A DNA stretch of 64,000 nt from Octopus bimaculoides (taxonomy: Eukaryota), in NCBI RefSeq assembly GCF_001194135.2, contig NC_068985.1, forward strand, positions 90,891,261 through 90,955,260. The letters are read 5' to 3'. The position numbers and the translations under genes were made by a program. Of the stretch, positions 38,625-53,299 are shown one piece after another. Below the pieces are notes generated by a model. The model made no database searches. It saw only the letters and a list, made by a program, of their open reading frames with translations, and was not told the DNA's origin. Each line of letters starts with the position of its first letter. Positions within the stretch are counted from its first letter, which is position 1.

Positions 38625-40589
38625 AAATGAATTTTAATATTAAGAGCAATAGACTTGATTGATGTCAGTAGAATTTTGTTCATATTCATATTTTCTTTAT
38701 GCATATATTGAGTATTAAATAAAGGGGACGAAAGTAACTCCTGTGAACTCACCTCTGATAGATATGAATATCAAGAGTATAACAAATTTGGAAATTATAT
38801 GAACTCATGATGCGACTACAAAGACGTAAATGTCTTCTGAATATCGATTTTCTGTAAACAATCGCAAACATGCCTTGCTATTTGGCAGACTTAAAAAACA
38901 AATACTTTCACATTTAAATAACAGTTTTTCATTGCAGTTCTCCTAACAATAATGATGTCAAATTTATCACATTGAGCCATATACAGCGGAATGCGTAGGG
39001 AGGTCTATGAGAAATAGGGCAAGGTTTGCATATTCTTTTCATAGCTTGCGATATTATGGTAATTTTAGCATAATATTATTCAGTCTTTTCTAGTGAGCAT
39101 GTTGGATAAATTTAATTGAATTATATGCGGAAAGTTCGATTTTAATGAATATCTTTGATATAAAAGGATAAGTAAACCATTGTCTAGCTATTCAATTAGT
39201 GTTTTTTATTATAGTTTATATTTTGTGTAACTCCAGAAAGACTATATGCTTTCAGCACAACGCAGCACAATGTAATGAGCAACATTCTCTTGATGTATAC
39301 CTTATTTCTTCGTTACAGTTCGTTAGGCATATTGTAAATATGTGATTATATATTCACAATATATTATAAAATGCAATCAACATCTAAACAATGGTAATGT
39401 TTGGATAACGGCGATAATAAATCCAAAAGCATTCTAATTTTATTCCGAAACTAATCGTATTTTATGAATTTAAATTTCATGTTAAGCGACAAATTTGTGT
39501 ATAACGGAAACACGTAGGGTAACGTTGGTTTCCCTATTGACGTGTTGCATCACATTTAAATTCATTGCAGCGCGTTGTGTAGGCAGCTTCAAGCATTAAG
39601 CAGCAATGAATTTTGCATGTTAAAATAAGAAAATCTTGTTTCTTAATTTTTATTTTCCCAAAAAGTTTCTTTTCAAAACAGAATATAAAATGGGTTTTCT
39701 TATTCCAAAAGCTCACATGATAAGGACATTAATACCTACAGAATTTGGAAGTCTCACTTATTTTCATTTAACATGAATTATAGAAGCGTTCCATATTAAG
39801 AAAAAAAACTAAAAGATAGTTAAACAGTATGGGACGTTGCAATTTTGTTTCCTAGTTTATGTAAAAGGTATGAATCGATATAAATATCATTAACGTAATC
39901 TATAAATTCAACCAAAAGGACGTTTCAAATAAACGTATTGCGGATCGTAAATATACAACTGTTAAACGATTCTCATATGCTACAACTTCCGTACAACTAT
40001 AGAAGGAAATTGATAAGTTCGATCAATGAATAAAATAAAATATCAAGTACATTACAGACACCACAGCTAATATGTGAAAAATTCCATTTGATTATACGTG
40101 ACTGAAATAAAATGATCAGAGTCAACGCGGGATGAGTTTTAATAATAATAGCATCATATACTTATATTTTTGAAACTGTAAAATAGTCAAAAATTAGGGC
40201 CCGATCACAGTTAAATTAAATGTTGTTGATTTACTACTTATATTGGAGTTTGGAAAATTTGAAATTCATGTAGATCATAATGAAAATTTAGTTTCTGTCG
40301 AATATTTAGATCACTCCAATCTGACAAATACGTTGGTTCAACAGAGCGTAAGCTCTGGTATATTTTACAGGGAAGATGCAACAAACAATATGCATTCTAC
40401 GAAATGTCCTTTACTTGGTTAAGTGAACTCATAAAATCATAAATGGAACACGCATTTAATCATCTGCGAAAATTTATTTAAGGAATATACTCACTGGTTA
40501 ATATTTCCCTACATACATGAAAAATACAATTTAAGTTAATGTATCTTTAGCTGGAATGACTTAAATCATATTAGTTTTGAATCAATGAT

Positions 40590-40770
40590 AAGGTGGCGAA
40601 CTGGCAGAATTGTCAGAATGCCACACAAAATTCTGTGCGACATTTCGTGTGTCATTATGCCCTGATTCCAAATTCAAGCAAAGTCGACCTTCCTATTCAT
40701 CCTTTTGGAGCCGTATAAGTACTTCATCCCTCCCCTCCAAAACTGATAGCCTTTGTGATAAAGTTTGAAA
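40590..40770 (+). mobile_element. SINE family B, degraded copy
   Basis: AAGGTGGCGAACTGGCAGAATTGTCAG...AAAGTCGACCTTCCTATTCATCCTTTTGG. Confidence 0.65.
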
Positions 40771-41451
40771 CCATTACTTTTGGATCAGAGCTGACCCACA
40801 CAACAACATCTTTACTGGATTTAACTTTTAATTATGATACTATGGTATGAGTATCCAGTATGAATCGTTGTTGTAAACTATACGTAGTAAGTAATTCTTA
40901 ACATCATATACTTTAGCCAAATTCATTTCCTATGTTTCAAATTCAGCATATAAGTTTCAAAAAAATCTTAAACATATTTCTCACAAAAGAAATACAATTT
41001 ACTCAACAAGTAATTCCTGCTGTATAGAAAAAAGTCGTTAATATAAATATCTGGCTTCTCTTCCAACGTAGAAATTATCATTTCTCCCAAATGTGTATAA
41101 CGTATTTCTCTAAGATCGTAAATAACTATGGAGCATGGATCTGGCATATGACCCGTCGTGTTTTATACTTGATGCTGTTAAATCTCTCTTAGGGAAATTG
41201 TGCATTTATTTTGTGCATCGTTACTCAAATTACTAATATTGAAGTGGATTACGAGGAGATACATATTATGACCTCGGTAATTGCAAAATGCGCCTGAAAT
41301 ATATAATAACGTTAGCTATGTATTCACATAGTTTATACAGGAAACATGAACAATTTGATTTTCTCTGCTGAAAATATAAGCTATTTCTACCCTTCCACTC
41401 AAATGAATATAGGCACACAAACACATGGATAGAGGGAAAGAACAATAATGT

Positions 41452-41454
<3 letters not shown>

Positions 41455-41528
<74 letters not shown>
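41455..41528. repeat. (AG)n microsatellite
   Basis: Directly visible. Confidence 0.95.
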
Positions 41529-41533
<5 letters not shown>

Positions 41534-42432
41534 CTTCCAAGTATAGCATGTGTAAATAATGAAAGTAAATCATGGAAGTAAGACAGTACTTGATCTACAG
41601 AGATTAAGTGTATTAATAGCAAACTATATGAATAGCAATTGATGTATTAACTAACAAATTTTGTGCATGCACATCTTTAAGCAAAATGGAGGTTGTTTTT
41701 TTGTTAGTAGGAAATGAACAATTGTGATTCACTTAAGGCTGTTCACAGCTCAATTGGAAAAATGTCTTTTGTTGACTTGAACATTAATTTCCTGTCCTAA
41801 TCCTATGGGAGTCCTTTGAATGTTAGGGAATGTTTTCTCATTTACTGGAACAATAGATCATCCAAAAGAAAGAATAAAAGATTACATAGCATACCTTGTG
41901 AAGTATGTTCTAATGTCTAATAGCAATTAAACGGTTTTCGTATGATTTGTTTCAGGAAAAATGCGATGCAACGATGCAAATATAAAGAAATTGTGAATAC
42001 CAACACGCATGGATGTAAATTAAGACATAATACGTAATAAAATACACATAAATATATTTTACACGTGCAGCGTGTGCACGTGAGTGTACCATTGGTGTGT
42101 CTCAGTGAGATGCTCACTTAATTTTTACATATGATGCTACCAATATCGAACACGAATTATTCAGATATTCGTACTACTACTTGCCGGTACATGAAGTGAT
42201 TAACTTTATTCTATAAATAGTAGTGTCCTTAAATTTAGGAGAATATCATACGGATATACGTATTGTAAAATATTAAATAATCTCTACAAAATTACACTTT
42301 CCGTTCTGGAAAAGTGAAATGATTGGAGTGTTTCTTTTTAAAATTTTAGTCACTTAATGAAATAAGAACACTTGACAAATTTCAGCTGGAGGCTCATAGT
42401 TAAACTCAGTTGGAACACTTATTTACACCTAA

Positions 42433-42660
<228 letters not shown>

Positions 42661-43088
42661 ATGCGCCTTTGTGTCTAGTTTTCCGTATGCTTGTCTATCT
42701 ATATTCATATGCGTGTTCGCGTGGGAAACCTGTATATGCATGGGCGGTATTACTATTCATGGTTTCGTATTGTCCATATATATAAGTTTGCATGCGCATT
42801 GCTGTCCCTCAAGAAACAAGAGTGAAGACACCCTGTAATGCATTTTAATTTGTCATTGTCTCGTTAAACTATTGTCTCTGAAGTATGCTAGAGCGACTAG
42901 GATTTTATATTTATTATTTTTTTATTATAGGTACAAAGAATATTTATCACATGGATAAAATAATCATATATATTTCAATATGCTTTTACAGATGTATTTC
43001 TTTTCCACAAGTTTTGGCGAGACATTCACCTAGCACATATATGCAAATATTTATTTGCATAAAACATATACATTCACACACACATATG

Positions 43089-43141
<53 letters not shown>

Positions 43142-44215
43142 ACACACACATACACACACACACACGCAGATAAATATTTACATATATACACCAACACACC
43201 CACACCCACATATATCAAATATGCGCATAAATTGTATAAGTATGTAATAAAGTAACAGAAAATGATCAAATCGTCTTCAATCTCAAGCTAAGAATATCGA
43301 TGCAGATTCAAATTTAAATGACTGATGACATATGATTTACAAATTAAAACATCTAGCACTTTAGTGAAACGTATTGTAACTAATTCATACTTTTCGCAAA
43401 CAAAATTAAGTCTTCTCGTGTTACAAAAATATTAAGCCTAACCCGTGCTGCCAAAAATACTAAGTGTCAGTCACGATATACGATTGATGTACATCCATGA
43501 ACTAAATAAATTTCGTGCAGATTTAAAATTATACAGATTTATGCTTATTTCAAACCGATGTTTTGCTCACCAGTAGACTTAAAAATTGTGACATTATTCG
43601 ATGTAGTTTTAAACTATCTAACACCTACTATATATATATATTAAAAAAAAATAAGTTAGGTGGCGTGTTCAAATAATGAGGATTGATATTTCTATCTGGT
43701 TTTACAACTTAGATGTTCACTCTTTGGCACGATTTACTTTATGCTGACCTATAAATAAATAAATAAAAAAAATTCAAAGCTACATTTTGCAAACATTTTA
43801 ATCGAATTGCCCATCCAGTTTTGTTTTGGTTTTGGTAGAATCTTTACAACTATATCTCATATTTTATTATACTTTATGGGCATCTTATGATATATGACTT
43901 CTGATATATATATTACGAAATATTTCTTCATATATGTTTTTAATATTTGTCTCGTGTGTTTTATTGTAGTTAAACACTCTTCCCTTAGGTAAAAACAATT
44001 TTTTTCTCATTTCCTTTAAACTGCATTCGAGATTTTTACATTAAAAGGTTTTCGAAAGAGAAAACGAGGAAAACAAGATACATATTCCTATGGTTATTTC
44101 CTAAACTCATAAATGTAAATGTGATTTCTAACTTTGGGAAAATTTAATATGTGTTCTTTTTATGCCTCTTTAATATCGGTTTTATTGCAATTTCCCCCAA
44201 ATGCGTTTTATTTGA

Positions 44216-44343
<128 letters not shown>

Positions 44344-44914
44344 TTTCAAAACAGAACTTTTTTTCTATGTTTATAACGATTAAACCTTATCCTGTGATAC
44401 TGCATAAATTCTAATATCGAATATAGCATCTTCCCTTTTATTATTGCTTTGCATATCAGAAATTGTTATTCAGAAACTACATTTGACTCTTGTTTTTTCA
44501 AACTGACGTTACATATCATTTCAATTTCATTTTGTGAAATAGCATATCTTCCAATCCCTGTAAAACAGTACTTAAATAAATTTGTAAGCTAAATAGGAAA
44601 CATATTGTTTCATATGTAGAAAATTACGAGCGTTTTATTACATTTCCTTTTTCTATACATTACACTCAATGTCATCATAATCAACTATAATTTATATTTT
44701 CATACTTTAGTATCCATGGTGGATTTTAGTTGACCTAATCATGATAAAATCGAGAAACGAAAAATTGTGTAGATATGGACACTAGGCCTTATGAACAAAG
44801 AGAACACAAATTCAGAGTGAAATATTGTTAGATATGTATAATGTTATTGAACTGTTTCTAGAACTACAGTATGTTAAAACACAACTATAACGAGAAAAAT
44901 AATTGTACTTTAAT

Positions 44915-45132
44915 GGAAGAAGAAGAAGAAGAAGAAGAAGAAGAAGAAGAAGAAGAAGAAGAAGAAGAAGAAGAAGAAGAAGAAGAAGAAGAAGAAGAAG
45001 ACGAAGAAGAAGAAGAAGAAGAAGAAGAAGAAGAAGAAGAAGAAGAAGAAGAAGAAGAAGAAGAAGAAGAAGAAGAAGAGAGAGAGAGACAGAGAGAGAC
45101 AGAGAGAGACAGAGACAGAGACAGGCAGACAG
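44915..45132. repeat. (GAA)n then (GA/GAC)n microsatellite running into a gap
   Basis: Directly visible; explains the poly-E/R ORFs. Confidence 0.95.
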
Positions 45133-46017
45133 NNNNNNNNNNNNNNNNNNNNNNNNNNNNNNNNNNNNNNNNNNNNNNNNNNNNNNNNNNNNNNNNNNNN
45201 NNNNNNNNNNNNNNNNNNNNNNNNNNNNNNNNNNNNNNNNNNNNNNNNNNNNNNNNNNNNNNNNNNNNNNNNNNNNNNNNNNNNNNNNNNNNNNNNNNNN
45301 NNNNNNNNNNNNNNNNNNNNNNNNNNNNNNNNNNNNNNNNNNNNNNNNNNNNNNNNNNNNNNNNNNNNNNNNNNNNNNNNNNNNNNNNNNNNNNNNNNNN
45401 NNNNNNNNNNNNNNNNNNNNNNNNNNNNNNNNNNNNNNNNNNNNNNNNNNNNNNNNNNNNNNNNNNNNNNNNNNNNNNNNNNNNNNNNNNNNNNNNNNNN
45501 NNNNNNNNNNNNNNNNNNNNNNNNNNNNNNNNNNNNNNNNNNNNNNNNNNNNNNNNNNNNNNNNNNNNNNNNNNNNNNNNNNNNNNNNNNNNNNNNNNNN
45601 NNNNNNNNNNNNNNNNNNNNNNNNNNNNNNNNNNNNNNNNNNNNNNNNNNNNNNNNNNNNNNNNNNNNNNNNNNNNNNNNNNNNNNNNNNNNNNNNNNNN
45701 NNNNNNNNNNNNNNNNNNNNNNNNNNNNNNNNNNNNNNNNNNNNNNNNNNNNNNNNNNNNNNNNNNNNNNNNNNNNNNNNNNNNNNNNNNNNNNNNNNNN
45801 NNNNNNNNNNNNNNNNNNNNNNNNNNNNNNNNNNNNNNNNNNNNNNNNNNNNNNNNNNNNNNNNNNNNNNNNNNNNNNNNNNNNNNNNNNNNNNNNNNNN
45901 NNNNNNNNNNNNNNNNNNNNNNNNNNNNNNNNNNNNNNNNNNNNNNNNNNNNNNNNNNNNNNNNNNNNNNNNNNNNNNNNNNNNNNNNNNNNNNNNNNNN
46001 NNNNNNNNNNNNNNNNN

Positions 46018-46038
46018 GAGTTCAATTCCAGACAGTGA

Positions 46039-46076
<38 letters not shown>

Positions 46077-46217
46077 TCAAAAAATACCTTAGGAAAGAGA
46101 ACCCAGGTTCGAAACTTCCCCAGGACAACTGATGAAGGTTCGAGGGTATATCAGCCGAAACGTTGTGTTAACAAAGAAGATGAGGACAAATATCCGTCAA
46201 ATGTAAATAATGTAAAT
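46018..46217 (+). mobile_element. SINE family D, second independent copy (5' end lost in gap)
   Basis: B box GAGTTCAATTCC, (AAT)n, AAAAATACCTTAGGAAAGAGAACCCAGGTTCGAAAC, hammerhead motif, AATGTAAATAATGT tail; colinear with the reverse complement of 30551-30774. Confidence 0.85.
46123..46170 (+). ncRNA. Minimal type I hammerhead ribozyme motif with canonical CUGAUGA core
   Basis: GGACAA-CTGATGA-A-GGTT-CGAGGGTATATC-AGCC-GAA-ACGT-T-GTGTTA. Stem II GGTT/AGCC gives 4 bp. The stem I base next to the core is mismatched in this copy but paired in the 30631 copy. Predicted cleavage between 46164 and 46165. Confidence 0.6.
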
Positions 46218-46798
46218 TGATTTTGAGAAAGATTTTTTTGAAAAGGCGGCTCTAAATTAGATAAATGAATATGTAGCCCCTCATCACTGTCCGGGATTCC
46301 GTGTGCCTATGTAAGAGTAATATACACTGTGTGATTTTTTTCCCGTGTGGAATGTCTGCATGTGTAAGTCGATTATTTGAAGTATAACATAGTTTTAGAC
46401 TGTTACAATTTTGTTGTAACAAAATTGAAGTAGACTACGCGAGTCATTTCATCGTTTGTCGGTTTCCACAGTTGATTATAGATTTGGGTGTTAGCATACT
46501 ATGATGTTACGATACAAATATATTGAATGTGACACACATCGGCAACTGCTTCTCTCGCGACGAGTAATGGCATTTTTTGTTTTCTATTTTATTGATCTTC
46601 AAATGATCCATGGAATGATTGGCCTCACTGGCAACTAAAATGAAATCATGATAACAATCCGGTATGTAACTGTTAGAAATTGAATTCATCAATTGTGTGT
46701 GCGTGTGTGTGCGTGTGTCTGTGTCTGTGTTTGTGTGTGTGTGAGTGTGTGTGTCTGGGTGTGTGTGTGTATGTGTGTGTGCGTGTGTATGTGGGTGG

Positions 46799-46846
<48 letters not shown>

Positions 46847-47254
46847 GTTATATGTCCGAATTCATGTAATATATAATGGTTTCTTCGTGCTTGGAAATAG
46901 GTGCCGTAATCCCTTGAATTTCGCGGGTGTTATATTCGAAACTACGAAGCGATAGTTGAAAATCCGCGCAGTAGAAACAGTACTGTACAGTATATATTTT
47001 TAAAAAATTATTTTTGTAATTTTTATGTATTTATTTTATTATGAATGCAAAACAACAGCACTCGCCTCTTGAGCTTCCTTTTCTATACAGTATGTGCGAT
47101 TCATTGTTTAATCATCTACGGTACACTACGTATTTTATTCTAATATATTTAAATTAATGTATTATACAGTGCGGTTCTGTTCTGAATTTGTATTTAATAA
47201 CTTCATTTTTGGCCTAAAAATGCTTATTTTACAGCAGAAATGAATACAATCTGA

Positions 47255-47575
47255 AAAGATTTATAAATACCTATCAGCCACAGAAACCCGACGAACCGTT
47301 AAGCTGTAAGGATTTAAACTTGCCAAAACCTGTTGTTAAGCAATGGGAGGGAACAAATACTGACAGAAAGATACAAACATGCACACACACACACATGCAC
47401 AAACACACAGACAGACACTCGTATACATATATATATATACAATAGGCTTCTTTCAGTTTCCGTCAAACAAATGCAGTCAGAGCCCTTTGATGGACCCAAG
47501 ACTATAATAGGAGACACATTTCCAAGCAGCTACGGAGATGGATTGAACTTGGCATCATGTACTTGATAATCACAC
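47255..47575 (-). mobile_element. SINE family C, degraded copy with internal (CA)n
   Basis: GGCTTCTTTCAGTTTCCGTC and CGAACCGTTAAG / GGGAGGGAACAAATAC are reverse complements of family C body segments. Confidence 0.65.
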
Positions 47576-48940
47576 ATCAAGGCAGAAACAAGCATTATTC
47601 GGGAGTGGTGTGAATATAAAGAATAATTTAACCTAATAAATCTTAATTTTTATATGAAAAATTATTTCCGAGGTACGCAGGATTATAATTATTCGAATAC
47701 GCTTATTTCAGAAAACCGTTATGGGAAATAATGGCTAATTATGTTTCAGATTTAGCAAAATGATAAAACTTTAAACGTAATAAAATTTCATGACATGCAT
47801 CCATCGAAATCTAACATGCGTTTATTTTTGGCTAAATCTTATGGCTCTAGGCTACAGCAAGGCATACGTTCAAATAAATTCTCTCAATGAAGATTTCATT
47901 AAATAAAAACAAGTATCATCTATATTGGAGGTCATAATTATTAATTATTTTGGGGCTGATCACCGAGAGAGGGAACTTAAAATGGCAGTTTTTTTTCATT
48001 TCGACTGCAAAAATCATCTGAACTACAATAATAATCGAACCAGCGGAAATATCTACGGAAATATGAACAGAGTTTATAAACTTAGTTCAATGCAAATATT
48101 GCCGGTGGACAAAGACATGTTATTAAAAACGCATTAAGTGTCCTTGTAAGAAGCAAAAACATATTTCCACAATTGTTCACTACAATTCAATATTCTCTAA
48201 TGCCTGGAAATTGACTCTGTCTCTAAATATATTAACTGAAAAACTGGAATATTTTCATTGTAAACACAAACTAAATTGAATACCTCTATTATTTNNNNNN
48301 NNNNNNNNNNNNNNNNNNNNNNNNNNNNNNNNNNNNNNNNNNNNNNNNNNNNNNNNNNNNNNNNNNNNNNNNNNNNNNNNNNNNNNNNNNNNNNNNNNNN
48401 NNNNNNNNNNNNNNNNNNNNNNNNNNNNNNNNNNNNNNNNNNNNNNNNNNNNNNNNNNNNNNNNNNNNNNNNNNNNNNNNNNNNNNNNNNNNNNNNNNNN
48501 NNNNNNNNNNNNNNNNNNNNNNNNNNNNNNNNNNNNNNNNNNNNNNNNNNNNNNNNNNNNNNNNNNNNNNNNNNNNNNNNNNNNNNNNNNNNNNNNNNNN
48601 NNNNNNNNNNNNNNNNNNNNNNNNNNNNNNNNNNNNNNNNNNNNNNNNNNNNNNNNNNNNNNNNNNNNNNNNNNNNNNNNNNNNNNNNNNNNNNNNNNNN
48701 NNNNNNNNNNNNNNNNNNNNNNNNNNNNNNNNNNNNNNNNNNNNNNNNNNNNNNNNNNNNNNNNNNNNNNNNNNNNNNNNNNNNNNNNNNNNNNNNNNNN
48801 NNNNNNNNNNNNNNNNNNNNNNNNNNNNNNNNNNNNNNNNNNNNNNNNNNNNNNNNNNNNNNNNNNNNNNNNNNNNNNNNNNNNNNNNNNNNNNNNNNNN
48901 NNNNNNNNNNNNNNNNNNNNNNNNNNNNNNNNNNNNNNGC

Positions 48941-49311
48941 CCCTTCATCACCAACACTACCTCTGTCACAGGGTCGAACCTACAAACTCTTCACATTCCA
49001 CACAGTTTCACCTGCACCTCCTCCAACCTAATTTACTGCATCAAATGCAACCAACTCTACGTGGGGCAGACGGGCCGCCGGCTGGCCGACCGTTTCACCG
49101 AACACCTAAGGGACGTTCGGCTAGGTTCGGACTCCCCCGTCGCCCGTCACTTCCACTTGGCCAACCACTCTCCCTGTAACATCTCCATTTTTTGGCCTCG
49201 CCCTGCACCATGTGTCCACTCCCTCGCGACTCCACTTTGGAGCAACGCTATATTTTTAACCTTAATTCTTCTTTCCCCTTCGGACTCAACGCAGCCCCCT
49301 CCTCATTATGA
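48941..49311 (+). pseudogene. Penelope-like retroelement GIY-YIG endonuclease C-terminal fragment (Neptune-like), frameshifted
   Basis: In frame from the gap edge: PFITNTTSVTGSNLQTLHIPHSFTCTSSNLIYCIKCNQLYVGQTGRRLADRFTEHLRDVRLGSDSPVARHFHLANHS. After frameshifts: LEQRYIFNLNSSFPFGLN (PLE ExxWIxxLxTxxPxGLN terminus). The RT is presumably in the gap or missing. Confidence 0.9.
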
Positions 49312-50516
49312 CTCTCCCCTTTACGTCTATGCAACACTTCTCTTTATTTTCTATTTCTTTTTTTATTTTTTACCCCCCCCCTCGTCCCCTTTACATTATA
49401 TCCATTATTCTCTTGTTATTACACTCACTATATTTTTCCACTTTTTATCTCACCCCTTCCTACACGCAAACATACCCACACACAAAAAATACACGCACCC
49501 ATACACACACATGTAAGCACACCTAGCCCCCAACACACCACACACACACAACACATATGCATGCACTCACACGCTCAGACTCGCCCACACACTTATACAA
49601 ACGCACATACACACGCACACTTNNNNNNNNNNNNNNNNNNNNNNNNNNNNNNNNNNNNNNNNNNNNNNNNNNNNNNNNNNNNNNNNNNNNNNNNNNNNNN
49701 NNNNNNNNNNNNNNNNNNNNNNNNNNNNNNNNNNNNNNNNNNNNNNNNNNNNNNNNNNNNNNNNNNNNNNNNNNNNNNNNNNNNNNNNNNNNNNNNNNNN
49801 NNNNNNNNNNNNNNNNNNNNNNNNNNNNNNNNNNNNNNNNNNNNNNNNNNNNNNNNNNNNNNNNNNNNNNNNNNNNNNNNNNNNNNNNNNNNNNNNNNNN
49901 NNNNNNNNNNNNNNNNNNNNNNNNNNNNNNNNNNNNNNNNNNNNNNNNNNNNNNNNNNNNNNNNNNNNNNNNNNNNNNNNNNNNNNNNNNNNNNNNNNNN
50001 NNNNNNNNNNNNNNNNNNNNNNNNNNNNNNNNNNNNNNNNNNNNNNNNNNNNNNNNNNNNNNNNNNNNNNNNNNNNNNNNNNNNNNNNNNNNNNNNNNNN
50101 NNNNNNNNNNNNNNNNNNNNNNNNNNNNNNNNNNNNNNNNNNNNNNNNNNNNNNNNNNNNNNNNNNNNNNNNNNNNNNNNNNNNNNNNNNNNNNNNNNNN
50201 NNNNNNNNNNNNNNNNNNNNNNNNNNNNNNNNNNNNNNNNNNNNNNCGCACGCACAAAAAATATACACACACGCGCACACGCACGCACATGGAAACACAC
50301 ATAAACACACACACACCAGTACCTAACACTCACAATCCCACACGCATATCCACAGATACACACACACACGCACGCATACACATACACACACACACACGCA
50401 CACACTTCTCACCAACACTACACACTCACCCAGACACGCATACAATCACACACACATGGGCATAAAAAACACACGCACTTACAATAGCAAACGCACGCAC
50501 ACACACGTACAGAGCA

Positions 50517-51020
50517 ACGCACATATACACAACATACACATACACACAAACACACACGCACGCACAAAGACATACACATACACACCCGCGCACATACAAA
50601 ATACACACACACACGTACACGTACCCAACACACACGTTCTGTTATCACACACACACTGGCAGACTCTCACGCACGCACATATATTCATCTACCTTTTTCA
50701 CTCTCCTGTCTTAGAAAGAACTTTTCCCCCACCACCTCCTCTTCCGGTCTTTTCACAATGTAACCACGTGGGCATCGCTACCAGTTTCCTCTTTCTCCGT
50801 TTTTCCATTCTCCGAACTTTCCATCTTTCCGACGAAGGGCTACGCCCGANNNNNNNNNNTTTCCTCTTTCTCCGTTTTTCCATTCTCCGAACTTTCCATC
50901 TTTCCGACGAAGGGCTACGCCCGAAACGTCATACTCTCTCTCTTTCCTTTCCCGAGCGTCCAATAACACTATCCGTATCACGTCCTCACTTTGTTGTTTT
51001 TTGTTATTGTTTTTTTGGAC
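50517..51020 (+). mobile_element. pLTR-like 3' repeat of the PLE, with hammerhead-like motif at 50904-50930
   Basis: Lies downstream of the GIY-YIG ORF. Contains CCGACGA-A-GGGC-TAC-GCCC-GAA-ACGT-C; stem I does not pair in this copy. Ends in a (TA)(CA)n(GATA)n microsatellite. Confidence 0.65.
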
Positions 51021-51049
51021 GTATATATACACACACACACACACAGATT

Positions 51050-51083
<34 letters not shown>

Positions 51084-52475
51084 GAGAGAGAATACGTGCT
51101 CATGCATACCTCTGTTTCTCTCTTCCTTTCTCGAAATACACAGGCGCATATACTCATACACAAAAGCACATACACACATACACAATTTGGTATTTCCACA
51201 TGAAGTAACATTAAATTATTAGGCCATCTCTCTTTCATACTTAACTTCTATATAAACACTTGACAGGCATGATGGTGTTGTATTAGGTTGAGATAAATTC
51301 GCTTCATAGACGAGCCCTTAATAAACAAGAAAACTGCACTCAGAACATGGAATGTGGGGTAACAAGCAACCATGATGCAGTAACGCACGTAGGAACTAAC
51401 AGTATAGTCTTGTGTTTATCATAATTTATACAGCTTTGCTCTGTATTTCATTACTAGAAATGCTAGGTTTCTCTACTTGCTTAACCACTAAACTAGAAGC
51501 AAACTCTGTCTTGTGATAATCTACCTGGAGATATACATTTAACAATGACAGTTGTACTTGTAGATAACATTAGAATTCAGAATAAAATATTTGTATTTTT
51601 TGATGACTTGTTAGGTTCCATTTGGTCAATTAACATTCCTCTTTATACCTTTATCTTTATCGATATGAATATTACTCTACTTGGAGATTTTACTTAAAAG
51701 GAAATTTCTGCATTTTATTAAAATGCATCAATATAATCTAGATTGAAAATATTAAGAATGTATATTATAATTGCTTCGCTGTCAGAAATTATGTCAAGAA
51801 AACCGAAAAACAATGAAATATTGTGTCCGGAGTGCTAGAAAATTATGAAGTGTATACGATTTTAGATTTAACATATTGATAATCGTTAACTTCATAACAC
51901 AAACACACGGTTTAAAGGATTAGTAATCTATGTCCTCTCAGATGGTAATTTGATATTACACATGCTATGTTCTACAGGGCTTTAAACGCTTTCAATAGCG
52001 ATATAACTTCAACATATTAAGAGTCGAATTATTGATATAGAATATATATGATTTACACATAAAGTAAATGTAATACAAGAAACTGATCATAAAAAAAGCA
52101 AGATATTTGGTCTTTGCATGGTATCCAGTGCTATAATCCCCCGAATTGAAAATCTAAAGAGACTCAGAATCATTTAATTATGTGATTATAGAAACGAAAT
52201 TCTATATCCAATTGAGATTATAAAGATAACCACAAATAGCGATTACATGACCGCAATTACAAGCAAGGTTCAAATATCCTATTTATCAATGTCTTGTGGC
52301 ACTTATTACATTCTTACTATATTTCTTAAACAAGATTTACTATATATCGGGAATTCAATATAAAATGGCTGCCCTTACAAATCTAAGCTTAATTGAACAT
52401 AGGGCTAAAACGTCAAATATCATTTGGTCATAAATATATACATGTATATATGTTTGTGTGTGTTTGTATACATGT

Positions 52476-52538
<63 letters not shown>

Positions 52539-52656
52539 GATATGCGTGTCTGTATCTGTGCGTACATATATATGTGTGTGTGTGTGCATATGTATGTGTG
52601 TATGTGTGTTTGTATGTAAGTACGTATATCAATGCATGTATGTATGCATGTACGCA

Positions 52657-53299
52657 AGCACATATACACAACATACACATACACACAAACACACACGCAC
52701 GCACAAAAACATACACATACACACACGCGCACATACAAAATACACACACACACACGTACNNNNNNNNNNACACATACACACACGCGCACATACAAAATAC
52801 ACACACACACACGTACACGTACCCAACACCTACAACCCCACACAAACATGAACACACACATACTCAAAAAAACACCTGCTGATCTTCTACCTAACACTGT
52901 CTATATGCGTCCACTAACCAGTCCTGCTACTAATTTCTTCCACTACGTCATACACACACACCCACACACACAAACACACTAACAGATAAACCACCAAACC
53001 ATGCACACACACACACACCCATNNNNNNNNNNACTACGTCATACACACACACCCACACACACAAACACACTAACAGATAAACCACCAAACCATGCACACA
53101 CACACACACCCATTTACATACATACGCACACACACGTTCTGTTATCACCCACCCACTCGCAGACACCCGCACACGCACATATATTCATCTCCCTTTTTCA
53201 CTCTCCTGTCTTAGAAAGAACTTTTTCCCCACCACATCCTCTTCCGGTCTTTTCACAATGTAACCTCGTGGAATTCGGTACCATTTTCCTCTTTCTCTG
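52657..53299 (+). mobile_element. Second, diverged direct copy of the pLTR-like repeat (runs into gap)
   Basis: Matches 50517-50800 with scattered substitutions (e.g. AACCTCGTGGAATTCGGTACCATTTTCC vs AACCACGTGGGCATCGCTACCAGTTTCC) and a ~300-bp CA-rich insertion. Confidence 0.7.

Noticed and set aside
50786-50927. Apparent tandem duplication of the hammerhead-containing segment (would give a natural dimer)
   Set aside because: Identical ~64-bp copies separated by a 10-N spacer are typical of unmerged contig overlap; the same pattern occurs at 52760 and 53023. Long reads are needed.
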